Of a stretch of DNA of 64,000 nt, positions 1-9,914 are shown one piece after another (the first letter of the stretch is position 1; each line of letters opens with the position of its first letter). The DNA is taken from the NCBI GenBank assembly GCA_043804895.1, contig JAZDIN010000025.1:1-64000 (forward strand), written 5' to 3'. The notes beneath the pieces are model-generated. The model was not told where the DNA came from. It ran no database searches and worked only from the letters and a program-made list of their open reading frames with translations. The position numbers and the translations under genes were made by a program. This stretch comes from Candidatus Altiarchaeota archaeon. GTDB taxonomy: Archaea; Altiarchaeota; Altiarchaeia; IMC4; SCGC-AAA252-I15.

Positions 1-430
1 CAATAAATGAGGCATCCGGTGTTGTTGCGCTGCTGGGTCGGTTGTCATATGTTATTTCATTTCCTTCAGCTGGGGCACGACATTTTGTTCCCTGCACCCA
101 GTTGTTATCCTGTATATAGAATAGTTCGTATATCCTGCCACTTCCTGAGGTTTTTTCTATTTTATACATCTTAAGTGTGGCGGTCTGGGTTTCTTTGTCT
201 TTCAAGGGGCTTATGTCGAATGAGAGTACGCTCCATCGGTCGTAATTGCTCACTAGCATGTCTGAGCATCCACCAGAATTCCACCCTTGCCTAGCTGGGT
301 CTGTGTTATACTGTGTGTTTCTGTAGTAGACGGTACTCGTCTTATCTGCATAAATTTTTCCTGTTTCCTCCGCCAAAACCGTTGAGCATCCAACTAGACA
401 TACTATCACAAAAGAAACCCAGTACTTCAT
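1..430 (-). CDS. Secreted protein with DNRLRE/CBM96-like beta-sandwich domain (partial, runs off window start)
   Basis: Not in ORF track. Manual translation from ATG at 430: MKYWVSFVIVCLVGCSTVLAEETGKIYAD...WSVLSFDISPLKDKETQTATLKMY...NNWVQG...ITYDNRP, open to position 1. Signal peptide plus the F-D-I-S / ATLxLY / IT(W/Y)xNRP pattern typical of DNRLRE-type domains. Confidence 0.6.
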   Translation of the reverse strand, partial: MKYWVSFVIVCLVGCSTVLAEETGKIYADKTSTVYYRNTQYNTDPARQGWNSGGCSDMLVSNYDRWSVLSFDISPLKDKETQTATLKMYKIEKTSGSGRIYELFYIQDNNWVQGTKCRAPAEGNEITYDNRPSSATTPDASFI

Positions 431-601
431 ATCATCTCTTAATCATTTAGCTATATAAAATCAAGCACCTGAAAAAGAAGGTATCTAGATATATCTAAAG
501 GGGTTTCCTTCCCCCGGCAGACTCCATCCTTCCCTAAAGAGTTAGGCATTACGAAAGGTTGATTCGAGTTATTTATTAGGTTGTAGTAATTTGTAACTTG
601 T

Positions 602-1381
602 ATGGTTAAAGTATTATTCTGGTTTGTTCTGATTTTCTTGGTGTTAGGTTGCATCTGTTCAGGATCAACATGCAATAAACCGTACATACCTGTTGGGCAA
701 GAGTGTTGTCTTGACCAGAATGGAAATAATATCTGTGACAAAGATGAGTCAGAAAATTGGGCAAAAGATATAAAACGACAAATCACTACCACAACCTTAA
801 AAAATGTAGGAAATAATCCTCAATCCTCCTTGGTGGGCCCTCCCTATGAGGACCGGGAAGGTCATTCCACAGAAGCGTGCGTTAATCTTATCAAAAAAGG
901 GCATAACCCAACATTCATGTGGGATGCGGTATGTTCAGTGAGTGCTTCCAAGGATTACATCCAATGTTTGCAAAGACTCGATTATTATAGAAGTATTTAC
1001 GGCACAAATCTTACTGATAAGTTTAAAGACCGTGGCAAGGATGCAATAACCTGCACGGATGTAACCACTGAACTTGGTGATTGTAAAAATCTTAAAAACC
1101 CATATAATGCAAAAGCTTGCCAGGCGGTTAACATATTAACTCTTACAGACGCGTCAAAATGCGGTTCACTCGATGATGAAAACATGATAAAATCGTGTCT
1201 CATCATGGTCAGCTTTACTACCAATAACTTTGACGCATGCATTCAGGTGGCAGATGATGATGTCGAAATGCAAGATTCTTGTTATTATAACTTTGCTATA
1301 TCTGATAAAGATAGCGAATACTGTAAACACATTAGTGATTCAAAAACGTATTCAAATTGTATGGCTGAACTTTCTCATTAG
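602..1381 (+). CDS. Secreted/lipid-anchored Cys-rich repeat protein
   Basis: Hydrophobic N-terminus ending VLGC; CNKPYIPVGQECCLDQNGNNICDKDE motif; C-terminal regularly spaced Cys repeats. Confidence 0.75.
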   Translation: MVKVLFWFVLIFLVLGCICSGSTCNKPYIPVGQECCLDQNGNNICDKDESENWAKDIKRQITTTTLKNVGNNPQSSLVGPPYEDREGHSTEACVNLIKKGHNPTFMWDAVCSVSASKDYIQCLQRLDYYRSIYGTNLTDKFKDRGKDAITCTDVTTELGDCKNLKNPYNAKACQAVNILTLTDASKCGSLDDENMIKSCLIMVSFTTNNFDACIQVADDDVEMQDSCYYNFAISDKDSEYCKHISDSKTYSNCMAELSH

Positions 1382-1596
1382 AAATAAGCTCTACATTTTC
1401 AAGTAAATGGGCGGATGAAACACTCACACACTCACCCCCTAATAAGGGTTTCCACCCCCTCTGGACTCCCCCCACTTTCCTAAAAGAAAAAGGTTCCATG
1501 CTTACTACCTCCATGCCAATCATCCTCCTATATGTATTTGTCGTACGGAAGAATCAGCAAAATTCAGTACAATCTCGCCGAACCAGGGGCGTAAAA

Positions 1597-2577
1597 TCAG
1601 CCTGTTTTATTCACCCTAATGCTTTTCCCTTTCTCGTCGAACTCAACATTGTCGGCGGTAATTCCAGGCTGGGCTAAGGGGGATACTGATACTAAGTCTT
1701 CGACCTTCTCCAGTTTCTCTGGGTCATTACCGTATACACTGTCCTTCCTCAAATGCTCCAATAATTTATTCTTGTATTCCTCCCTCCACTTCCCAGCCAA
1801 GTGCCGTGAGTATCCGAAATGGTATGTCCCCCTGGAACCGTACGTCCTAATATCATAGAGCATCCTGCTTAGGCTGTCTGACTGCTCCGACGACTGACCA
1901 AGCAACAACCTTTCCTTGTCAGACAAGTCTGGGTTGAACAGGGTCCTCCCAAGCTGCTCCCCATAAGATATTGTCCGTTTGAAGCTTTCAGGGCTTATCT
2001 TACACAGGTTGTCAGCGTCATTGAATAGCTTATTCTCGTCAGAAAGGACGGCACCGGTGCCGTTAGTCTCGATGGCGTCATGTAATACTATCTCCCCATA
2101 TATCCTGGTAATGTCAGAAGTTGTGATTCCATACTCCTTTCTCGCCTCCTTTTTCAAAAGCATTCGTGAGGTGTACTCTGCGCTCGCCTTCTGGTGGCCC
2201 ACTCTCTGTTTGGGGTTGTTGACCTGCGTTATGTCGTGGAATAATGCGGCGACATACAGGTTGAAGAAGTCTATCTCCCCCCTCCTTGCTTTATCCCTGA
2301 GTTCTGGCGTATGCGTGGCTATCTCCTGTATGTTAATGGCTACAGCCAAACCATGGTATACTCCGTGGGTGTCATCACTATCAAAGGCCTCGGTACTCCT
2401 CTTTGATATCATCTGCCTGTGGTCCTTCCTGATGATGGGTGTCGGTCGAATCTTATCATAGAACTCCAAAGCCTTATCCAGGGCCACTTTGGGGTCGTAC
2501 TTCCAATCCAGGCTGCCCTTAATAAATGGCAGGTCTAGTTGCTCAGATTTCTGCGGTTGCTTGTGTTCGTTGCCCAT
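1597..2577 (-). CDS. HD-domain metal-dependent phosphohydrolase (orphan)
   Basis: H...ALFHDI...H...HD...DADNL spacing typical of the HD superfamily. Confidence 0.7.
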   Translation of the reverse strand: MGNEHKQPQKSEQLDLPFIKGSLDWKYDPKVALDKALEFYDKIRPTPIIRKDHRQMISKRSTEAFDSDDTHGVYHGLAVAINIQEIATHTPELRDKARRGEIDFFNLYVAALFHDITQVNNPKQRVGHQKASAEYTSRMLLKKEARKEYGITTSDITRIYGEIVLHDAIETNGTGAVLSDENKLFNDADNLCKISPESFKRTISYGEQLGRTLFNPDLSDKERLLLGQSSEQSDSLSRMLYDIRTYGSRGTYHFGYSRHLAGKWREEYKNKLLEHLRKDSVYGNDPEKLEKVEDLVSVSPLAQPGITADNVEFDEKGKSIRVNKTG

Positions 2578-2620
2578 AGTTATCCTTAGTATAGTAACCG
2601 GGCATAACTGGTATATTAAT

Positions 2621-3760
2621 TCAGGATGTCAGGTATTCCACGTCCTCGTCATCCAGCCTGTAGAAATCCTTCAGCTCGTCTGCCGTGACCTTTTTCTTCT
2701 TCAGGAGGAGCCTGTAAAGCGGGATGTAGTCCCTCTTCACGACCCTTGTTGATGCGTGCAAGAATGGCCCCATCTTCTCCGCAATCGCCTTCTCGCTGTT
2801 TCTCGCCCCCTTGCTTCTGCCCATGGCTGCGAAGTATCCTGGGAACATGTACTGTGTGAAGTGAATCTTCTCAGGCCTGCATGAGTTCACGCCAGCGGTC
2901 ATGAGGACGTTAGCGTAGCGTTGGAAGCCCCAGTATTGTCTTCTCATAATCCTCCCCAGGAACACGTCGGCCCTCGCGAGGTTATGGTATGCCCCGTTGA
3001 TCGACTCCCTGTCCTGATACAATCTTGGGGTGTTCTCCTCAATCCACCACATGGCATTCTCGGGCCTGCCGTCCAGATCCCAGGTGGATTCCACAACATC
3101 CCTGAAATTGCGGCCTCCGAATATGAGGCTCAATGCCTTGTATATGTCTGAGTCGCGGTCCCTCTCTGAGATGAACCCTTCCGCATCCTTGAGCGTGACC
3201 TTACTCCTCCCCTCACACAGCGTCTCCAAGTCGTTGATTGCAGCCCTCAAATCCCCGCTGCAGTTTTTCGCAATCAACTCAAGGACTTCCTTCTCCACCT
3301 CCACTCTCTCAGCATCGCATATGCTCTTCAAATGCTTCGCAATCGAAGAGGGCAGAGGCCTCCTCAGCTGAATCTTCGCCGACTTCTTCTTGAGTGTAGC
3401 GAGCCTCTTGTTATCGAAGTCCGAAGTCGTCATAATCACCGGACTCTTAGTCTTCTCCACAAGCTCTCCCACAGCCTTGATGTCCTTGATGGCATCAACG
3501 TCTTCTATGAGTATGGCCTTCCTGCCGCCGAAGAGACTCCCGGTGTTTGCAATCCTCTCAGCCTCCTTGATGTTCTCGCCTGAGACTTCAACCAAATCCC
3601 ACCCCCTCTCAGCGGCCAGGAGTCTAACAAAAAGGCTCTTACCCGTGCCGGTTCCGCCGTACACAATAACCGGCCCCCCGACCCACTTCCTAGCCTCCTC
3701 AACAGCAGCCTTACCAATCAAACCGTCCAAACCAAGAGGCTGATGACTCAAAAACCACAT
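2621..3760 (-). CDS. rfcL: Replication factor C large subunit
   Basis: Walker A GGTGTGKS, GDLRAAINDL, WIEEN, ADVFLGRIMRRQYW collar motif of archaeal RFC-L. Confidence 0.9.
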   Translation of the reverse strand: MWFLSHQPLGLDGLIGKAAVEEARKWVGGPVIVYGGTGTGKSLFVRLLAAERGWDLVEVSGENIKEAERIANTGSLFGGRKAILIEDVDAIKDIKAVGELVEKTKSPVIMTTSDFDNKRLATLKKKSAKIQLRRPLPSSIAKHLKSICDAERVEVEKEVLELIAKNCSGDLRAAINDLETLCEGRSKVTLKDAEGFISERDRDSDIYKALSLIFGGRNFRDVVESTWDLDGRPENAMWWIEENTPRLYQDRESINGAYHNLARADVFLGRIMRRQYWGFQRYANVLMTAGVNSCRPEKIHFTQYMFPGYFAAMGRSKGARNSEKAIAEKMGPFLHASTRVVKRDYIPLYRLLLKKKKVTADELKDFYRLDDEDVEYLTS

Positions 3761-3798
3761 GACGTAACATATTAACTTCCGTCCAATAAAATAGTATC

Positions 3799-4989
3799 AT
3801 GGTCGATAAGGTCATCCGTGACCCGATTCACGGGAATATCGGGTTTGATGGGGTGTCCATTGAGCTTTTGGACACTGCTGAGATGCAGAGGCTCCGCCAC
3901 ATAAAACAGAACGGCCTCTGTTACCTTGTGTATCCTGCGATGAATTCGACGAGGTTCGAGCATTCACTCGGAGTCTACCACCTGGGCGGCCTTTTGGCGA
4001 AGCACCTTAACCTGAGCGAGTCCGATGAGATGGAGTTGAAGGCCGCGTGCCTGTTGCATGACGTCGGCCATGGGCCGTTCAGCCACACGTTCGATGATTT
4101 GATGAGTAAGCACGGGCTCGACCATGAGGAGAGGTCGGCTGGCATCGTATTCAGGTCCGGGGTGTCTGACATACTCTCATCGCACGGAATCAAGCCCGGA
4201 GCTGTCGTGAAATTAATCCGCGGCGAAGGGAAGCTAGGGAAACTACTATCATCAGAGGTGGACGTTGACAAGATGGACTATCTCGTGAGGGACGCATACT
4301 ACGCCGGAGTCGCATACGGTGTCACAGACGTGGAACGTCTCATACACTCCATCGGCTTCGAACGGGGCGAAATCGTCGTCGAATCCGGAGGCCTTGAGGC
4401 TGCTGAGTCGCTTCTGATCAACAGGAACATGATGTACCAGACAGTCTACCGCCACCACACTAAGAGGATTGCGGAGTCGATGGTCGTCCACGCGATGGAT
4501 GCCCTTGTAGACGGAGGAGCCAGTCTCAAGGACATTTCGCTCATGGACGACATAGAACTCGTACACCTGATGCGCTCAACCCCCGGGTACGTGAAGGACA
4601 TCATGACTAGAATCGACTGCCGGCGGCTCTTCAAGACCGTCTTCAGCGAACGCATAGGCCTCCTATCCGAGGATTCGCGCACACAGCTTTCGGATGAGAC
4701 TCATGCGATAGAGTCCAGGATTGCGTTGAATCTGGGTGTTGAGAAAGGTTACCTCCTACTCGACTATCCTGAGGCTAGCATGAGCGAGTACAGGGTGAAG
4801 ATAAAGACAACACACGGCCTCAAGTCGATAAGCGAAGTCTCCCCTCTTGCGAAGTCCCTGGAGGCCTCGGAGATGGAGAAGCTCACAATCAACATATACG
4901 TGCGGAAGGAGGATAAGGGCAGGTTAGATGGGTTCAGGCCCGAGGACTACTTCATGTACGAGCAGAAGAGGATAAGCGGCTATTTGTGA
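3799..4989 (+). CDS. HD-domain dNTP triphosphohydrolase, SAMHD1/YdhJ-like
   Basis: IRDPIHG, QRLRHIKQNG, TRFEHSLGV, LLHDVGHGPFSH, DVDKMDYLVRD, MYQTVYRH motifs. Confidence 0.9.
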   Translation: MVDKVIRDPIHGNIGFDGVSIELLDTAEMQRLRHIKQNGLCYLVYPAMNSTRFEHSLGVYHLGGLLAKHLNLSESDEMELKAACLLHDVGHGPFSHTFDDLMSKHGLDHEERSAGIVFRSGVSDILSSHGIKPGAVVKLIRGEGKLGKLLSSEVDVDKMDYLVRDAYYAGVAYGVTDVERLIHSIGFERGEIVVESGGLEAAESLLINRNMMYQTVYRHHTKRIAESMVVHAMDALVDGGASLKDISLMDDIELVHLMRSTPGYVKDIMTRIDCRRLFKTVFSERIGLLSEDSRTQLSDETHAIESRIALNLGVEKGYLLLDYPEASMSEYRVKIKTTHGLKSISEVSPLAKSLEASEMEKLTINIYVRKEDKGRLDGFRPEDYFMYEQKRISGYL

Positions 4990-4996
4990 GCGTAAG

Positions 4997-5410
4997 ATGC
5001 ACCCGAAGACACACATCCTCACCTCCTGTCTTGCAGTCCTTATGGCGGCGGCGTTGTCTCAGACAACCTATTCTGAAGCGTTCTTCTGGCTTGTGCTGGC
5101 TGCTGCTGCAACCCTCCTTATAGACGCAGACCACTTCATATCCCAGCTTCTGATGAAGGACAGGCGTCCCATAGTAGTTGACATACTGAAGCACCCGCTC
5201 GACTACATGGACACTGCAAAGCTAATAGGTCGCTTACATTATCCTGGGTTCGGGATACTCAGGGTCGAATACCATCTCATCGAGACTTCAGTCCTGACAG
5301 GATTTATGCTGTACTATAGCATGCCTTATCAGATTCCGGTTCTACTTTCCCTGTGGGTTCACTGCGCATTGGATATCATACAGGTGTTGAGAGAACCATG
5401 GTCTCGTTAA
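4997..5410 (+). CDS. Membrane-bound metal-dependent hydrolase (YdjM-like)
   Basis: N-terminal TH, IDADH and VHCALD motifs among transmembrane segments. Confidence 0.6.
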   Translation: MHPKTHILTSCLAVLMAAALSQTTYSEAFFWLVLAAAATLLIDADHFISQLLMKDRRPIVVDILKHPLDYMDTAKLIGRLHYPGFGILRVEYHLIETSVLTGFMLYYSMPYQIPVLLSLWVHCALDIIQVLREPWSR

Positions 5411-5964
5411 AGCCTCTTAGAGACTATACTGCGTATCTCATCCTGCACTATCTTCCGCTCCCTCCCGGAGTCCACCTTAACCATGCCCTTAAACTTCAGG
5501 TATCCCCCCCGCACCTTCGAAAGGAATCTTCCCTCCTCGAATATCTCCCCAGTGCTTGTGCGGCCTGCTCCGACTCCGGGGTCGACGTCCAGGAACAGTA
5601 CTAAGTCAGGTTTAATCGCGAACTCGTTCAACTTCAGCAGCCATGTTCGGTCAACGCCCTGCGCGCTCTGGTATGCGACAGTCGAATGATAGTACCTCTC
5701 AGAGATAACAATCTTCCCAGCATCTAAGGCAGCCTTAATCTCCTTCATATGCTCAGCCCGGTCTGCTGTGAAAAGAAGAGCCAGCGTCTTCGGGTCGACT
5801 CTCACCTTCCCCGACAGTATCTCCCTGATGAACTTTCCGATTCGTCCTCTCGTAGGTTCAGCGGTCAGAAGGACCTTATGGCCGCTCTTCCTCAACCAAC
5901 CTGCGAGAAGCCGGGCATGAGTTGACTTTCCGCACCCGTCCACGCCCTCTAGGACCACGAACAT
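5407..5964 (-). CDS. tmk: Thymidylate kinase
   Basis: MFVVLEGVDGCGKST P-loop, LLFTADRAEH, SERYYHSTVAYQ; start reset to ATG at 5964. Confidence 0.95.
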   Translation of the reverse strand: MFVVLEGVDGCGKSTHARLLAGWLRKSGHKVLLTAEPTRGRIGKFIREILSGKVRVDPKTLALLFTADRAEHMKEIKAALDAGKIVISERYYHSTVAYQSAQGVDRTWLLKLNEFAIKPDLVLFLDVDPGVGAGRTSTGEIFEEGRFLSKVRGGYLKFKGMVKVDSGRERKIVQDEIRSIVSKRL

Positions 5965-5995
5965 GTTTAACCATATGCTCTCAATAATTAAAGAG

Positions 5996-7003
5996 ATGAT
6001 TGTAGTCGACGGCTCCCACGGCGAAGGCGGAGGCCAGATTCTTAGGACGTCAGTCGCTTTGAGTGCCATCACCGGAGAGCCTGTGAAGATAACAAACATC
6101 CGCGCCGGTAGGGAGAATCCTGGTTTGAGGCCACAGCACCTGAAGGCTGTAGAAGCTGTGTCGCTACTTTGCGGTGGGGAAGTCTCAAGGCTTGAGGTGG
6201 GCTCAAGGGAGGTTACGTTCACGCCAGGGGAAATCAACTCCGGGGCTTTCAGGGTCGACGTCGGAACCGCAGGCTCCGCGACTCTAGTCCTACAGGCGAT
6301 GCTCCCGGTGGCGTTCAACTCCGAAGGCCCTGTTACGATTGAAGTCGTCGGCGGCACGGACGTGAAGTGGGCGCCGACCGCCGACTACTTCCAGAACGTG
6401 TTCTCATTTTTCCTCAGTAAGATGGGCGCTTCGTTGGATGTTCAAATCCTTGAGCGGGGATTCTATCCGAAAGGCGGCGGGAGAATTAGGGTGAGGACGA
6501 AGCCATGGAATGAGTCTTTGCACCTGAACCTACTGCAATCAGGAGGAGTCGAGCATGTTGAAATATTCAGCGTCGCCTCAGAGCATCTCAGGAGGCAGGA
6601 GGTGGCGGAAAGGCAGGTGAAAGGATTCCTGAAGAAAATGTCGCCCCACCACCAGGTCAGAAAGATAAGCAGAGTATACGTCGATTCGGCAGGTCCTGGC
6701 TCAACCCTCTTTGCGCAGGCAACGTGCGGCGGCACGAGAATCGGAGCATGCACAGTCGGCGAAATCGGGGTGAAGGCCGAGGAAGTCGGAGCCAGGGTCG
6801 CTTGCGAATTACTCAACCAGCTGGAATACAACGCCCCGTTGGACTGCCACATGGCAGACCAGATACTCCCATATCTCGCCTTGGCCGGGGGTTCGGTCCA
6901 AGTGCCTGAACTCACAGGACACGCCCTCACTAACATACACGTGCTAAACCTGTTCGGGTACCCTGTCAAAGCCGAAGGCTGCATGATCACGGCAAGTGAA
7001 TAG
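5996..7003 (+). CDS. rtcA: RNA 3'-terminal phosphate cyclase
   Basis: DGSHGEGGGQILRTS, GLRPQHL, RGFYPKGGG, HMADQILPY, HALTNI motifs. Confidence 0.95.
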   Translation: MIVVDGSHGEGGGQILRTSVALSAITGEPVKITNIRAGRENPGLRPQHLKAVEAVSLLCGGEVSRLEVGSREVTFTPGEINSGAFRVDVGTAGSATLVLQAMLPVAFNSEGPVTIEVVGGTDVKWAPTADYFQNVFSFFLSKMGASLDVQILERGFYPKGGGRIRVRTKPWNESLHLNLLQSGGVEHVEIFSVASEHLRRQEVAERQVKGFLKKMSPHHQVRKISRVYVDSAGPGSTLFAQATCGGTRIGACTVGEIGVKAEEVGARVACELLNQLEYNAPLDCHMADQILPYLALAGGSVQVPELTGHALTNIHVLNLFGYPVKAEGCMITASE

Positions 7004-7060
7004 TCACGCTCCTTTTCCCCCCCTGAGTTATTTATATCCCCATCCTTCACGTATACTTTT

Positions 7061-7984
7061 ATGTCAAAACTTTATGTGGCGGATATAGGCACCCTCCAGC
7101 AGTGGGATCCGCAGCAGGCAGAGGCGGCCTTCAAACGCAACATCTCATTCACACCTGAGATTGAGAAGGTCGTGGACAGAATTGGTGACACTCACGGATT
7201 TCGTTTAGGACTTAACTTCGGTGGAACTATTAAAAACGAAAGTTCGATACCCACTTACGTCGCGCATCAGGGGAACCTCCGTGACCAAAAGGTGCCCCCA
7301 CTGGAATTCATACCCCCCGAGCAGATTGGGGTGGAAGGAATCCGCCGCTTCATGGATCATACGGCCATAGTCCCCCCGGAGCAGTTTCGCAGGGGTCAGG
7401 CATTCGTGCGGGAAACGTTCGGCCGTCTGGTATCAAAAATCTTGGAAATAGATGGCGGCAGTGCGGCTTTGAATGAGATGATGAATATGAAGGGAAAGGA
7501 GAAGCCAGGTGTAGAGGATATCACCCAAAAATCGCTCCGTGGAGGCCAGCCTGGCAGCTGGGGGGAGGCGGAAGCGAAAGAGGCTTACCAGCAGAACATG
7601 GCATTCAGTCCAGATGTGAAGAAAATGATGGAGCGGATTGGGTCGATTGAAGGTCTCAGGTTCGACTTGAATTTTGGCGGAAACGTCCGAGGCGAAAGTT
7701 CCGTCCCCACATTCATCGCGTATCAGATGAACCTCCGTGACAACCAGGTGAAGCCGCTCGAGTACGTCCCTGCCGAACAGCAGGCAAGTGAGCAATCCCG
7801 CAGGGTATTACACAATGAACTCGCAGTCACGCCAAAGCAATTTGAGGAAGGCCAAGAATATGTTCACGAAACGATGGGCCGACTCGTGGAAGGCCTCCTC
7901 ATGACAAAAAACGGCGGCAAAGTACTGGAGAAGATGATAGAGCATAATGTCCCTAACGATGTCAAAGGAATAGGGCTCATGTGA
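7061..7984 (+). CDS. Hypothetical protein with two tandem ~130-aa repeats
   Basis: Internal duplication (LNFGG..ESS.PT...Q.NLRD..V.PLE..P.EQ...GQ..V.ET.GRLV twice); TATA-like TTTATAT just upstream. Confidence 0.75.
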   Translation: MSKLYVADIGTLQQWDPQQAEAAFKRNISFTPEIEKVVDRIGDTHGFRLGLNFGGTIKNESSIPTYVAHQGNLRDQKVPPLEFIPPEQIGVEGIRRFMDHTAIVPPEQFRRGQAFVRETFGRLVSKILEIDGGSAALNEMMNMKGKEKPGVEDITQKSLRGGQPGSWGEAEAKEAYQQNMAFSPDVKKMMERIGSIEGLRFDLNFGGNVRGESSVPTFIAYQMNLRDNQVKPLEYVPAEQQASEQSRRVLHNELAVTPKQFEEGQEYVHETMGRLVEGLLMTKNGGKVLEKMIEHNVPNDVKGIGLM

Positions 7985-8024
7985 ACTGGTTCAGGTTTTA
8001 ATCCCCTACTTCTTATATTCTCCT

Positions 8025-9281
8025 ATGCTTGAGCTTTCCTTTGTGCGGGAGCATCCGGAGGCTGTGGAGGCTGATTTGAGGAAGCGGGGCGATGCTGAGA
8101 AGCTGAAGTGGCTTCAAGACTTGCTGGAGAATGATAAGAGGTGGCGGCTTCTGAAGAGGGAGGCAGACGACCTGAGGGCCTCGCGCAACACGCTCACGAA
8201 GAGGATACAGGATGCTAAGGGTAGGAAGGAAGACGCGTCCGCTCTGATAGCCGAGGCGAAGGGGTTGCCTGATAAGATTAAGGGGAAGGAGAAGCTGATG
8301 GATGGGCTCCGTGAGAAGGTGGAATACTACCTGATGCGGCTGCCGAACATACTCCACGAGAGCGTTCCAGAAGGTAAAGGCGATGTAGACAACCAGGTCG
8401 TTAGGGAATGGGGGCTGAAGAGGAAGTTCGATTTCGAGCTTAAACACCACGGCCAACTTGCAGTGGAGTTGGACGTCGCGGACTTCGAGCGCGCAGTGAA
8501 GATATCAGGCTCCGGGTTCTACTTCCTCAAAGGGGACCTGGCGCTCATGGACCTGTCGCTTCAGCGCCTGGCGATTGACATGCTGATAGGCCGTGGATAC
8601 ACCCTCATCACACCGCCATTGATGATGCGTCGCAAGCCGTACGAGGGCGTCACAGACCTCGCAGACTTCGAGGAGGTCATGTACAAGATAGCGGACGAAG
8701 ACCAGTATCTCATCGCCACAAGCGAGCACCCGATAGCTGCAATGCACATGGACGAGACACTCGAAGAGCTGCCGATAAAATACGCTGGAGTAAGCCCATG
8801 CTTCAGGAGGGAAATCGGAAAACACGGCCTAGACGAACGCGGCCTCTTCAGGGTCCACCAGTTCAACAAGGTCGAGCAGTTCGTGTTCTGCCGTCCTGAG
8901 GAGAGCTGGGCCTACCATGAGGAGCTACTCAAAAACGCCGAGGATTTCGTAAAGAAGCTGGGTATACCGTACCGTGTCACGAACGTGTGCACAGGCGACA
9001 TCGGCACAGTAGCTGCTAAGAAATATGACATCGAAGGCTGGAGTCCGAGGGAAGATAAATACATAGAGTTGATGTCATGCTCTAACTGCACATCATACCA
9101 GGCCGTCAGGCTGAACATAAAGTGCCGTGAAGGGAAGGAGACGAGGCACGTGCACACACTCAACAGCACCATGGTCGCCACAGCTAGGATGCTGAGGCTC
9201 ATACTCGAGAACTACCAGAATAAGGACGGTTCACTGGAGATACCAGCGGCGTTGCAGAAGTACATGGGAGGGGGAGAGTAA
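8025..9281 (+). CDS. serS: Serine--tRNA ligase
   Basis: LIATSEH, CFRREIG..GLFRVHQFNKVEQF, ELMSCSNCT, HTLNST class II motifs; N-terminal coiled arm. Confidence 0.97.
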   Translation: MLELSFVREHPEAVEADLRKRGDAEKLKWLQDLLENDKRWRLLKREADDLRASRNTLTKRIQDAKGRKEDASALIAEAKGLPDKIKGKEKLMDGLREKVEYYLMRLPNILHESVPEGKGDVDNQVVREWGLKRKFDFELKHHGQLAVELDVADFERAVKISGSGFYFLKGDLALMDLSLQRLAIDMLIGRGYTLITPPLMMRRKPYEGVTDLADFEEVMYKIADEDQYLIATSEHPIAAMHMDETLEELPIKYAGVSPCFRREIGKHGLDERGLFRVHQFNKVEQFVFCRPEESWAYHEELLKNAEDFVKKLGIPYRVTNVCTGDIGTVAAKKYDIEGWSPREDKYIELMSCSNCTSYQAVRLNIKCREGKETRHVHTLNSTMVATARMLRLILENYQNKDGSLEIPAALQKYMGGGE

Positions 9282-9332
9282 CCACCTAATCCAATTTTCA
9301 TGCTATACTCTTTTTTTGGGATTTGTCAGAAT

Positions 9333-9914
9333 TCATGGGGTGGAATATTCTCTTGCTTTTTTGCTGCTCTCCATAGTCCATTCTACACACTTGTACTGCA
9401 ATTCCTCGTTGACTATGTTAGAGCATATGCCGACGTCGTTCTCAGACACTGCGAAGCAGAACTCCTTCCTATCCTCAAACCTCAACGTGGTGCATATGCT
9501 CCTGTTCCCACTTTTTAAGGCGACGTTAGTAAGGCAGTAAACCCTCTCAAAGCCTTCACTAACCCCCTCGCACAACACAGCGTCCTTGAGCAGGTCAGCA
9601 CCGTCGAAGAAGCAATCATCCCTCACACTCACGTTGTCTATGCCTGCGCAGACCCTCTGGTCGAATTCCCCTGAATGCATACGACAGCGGTACTCCAACT
9701 CCCTGTCCACAATCTTCATGCAAAGCTCGGGCCTGCTGCAAACCCCTGAGAAGTCCAGAAGGCACAGGTCCTGCTCAGCCGAACTCCAACTAGCGTTATA
9801 GCACTCCCCATAGGATTCACAATCCCTGACTTTTCGGCTTTCATTCGCCATTATGCAACCTGATAATAGGGCGAACATAAACAGAAAAAAAACTGCGCGC
9901 ATTTTAGCTAACAC
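9333..9914 (-). CDS. Cys-rich repeat lipoprotein-like surface protein
   Basis: LLSGC lipobox-like N-terminus; repeated C-x2-I-x7-C units. Confidence 0.7.
   Translation of the reverse strand: MLAKMRAVFFLFMFALLSGCIMANESRKVRDCESYGECYNASWSSAEQDLCLLDFSGVCSRPELCMKIVDRELEYRCRMHSGEFDQRVCAGIDNVSVRDDCFFDGADLLKDAVLCEGVSEGFERVYCLTNVALKSGNRSICTTLRFEDRKEFCFAVSENDVGICSNIVNEELQYKCVEWTMESSKKAREYSTP

Noticed and set aside
5965-6357. N-terminal extension of tmk in the ORF track (316 aa)
   Set aside because: It is the antisense shadow of rtcA; tmk homology starts at MFVVLEG (5964).
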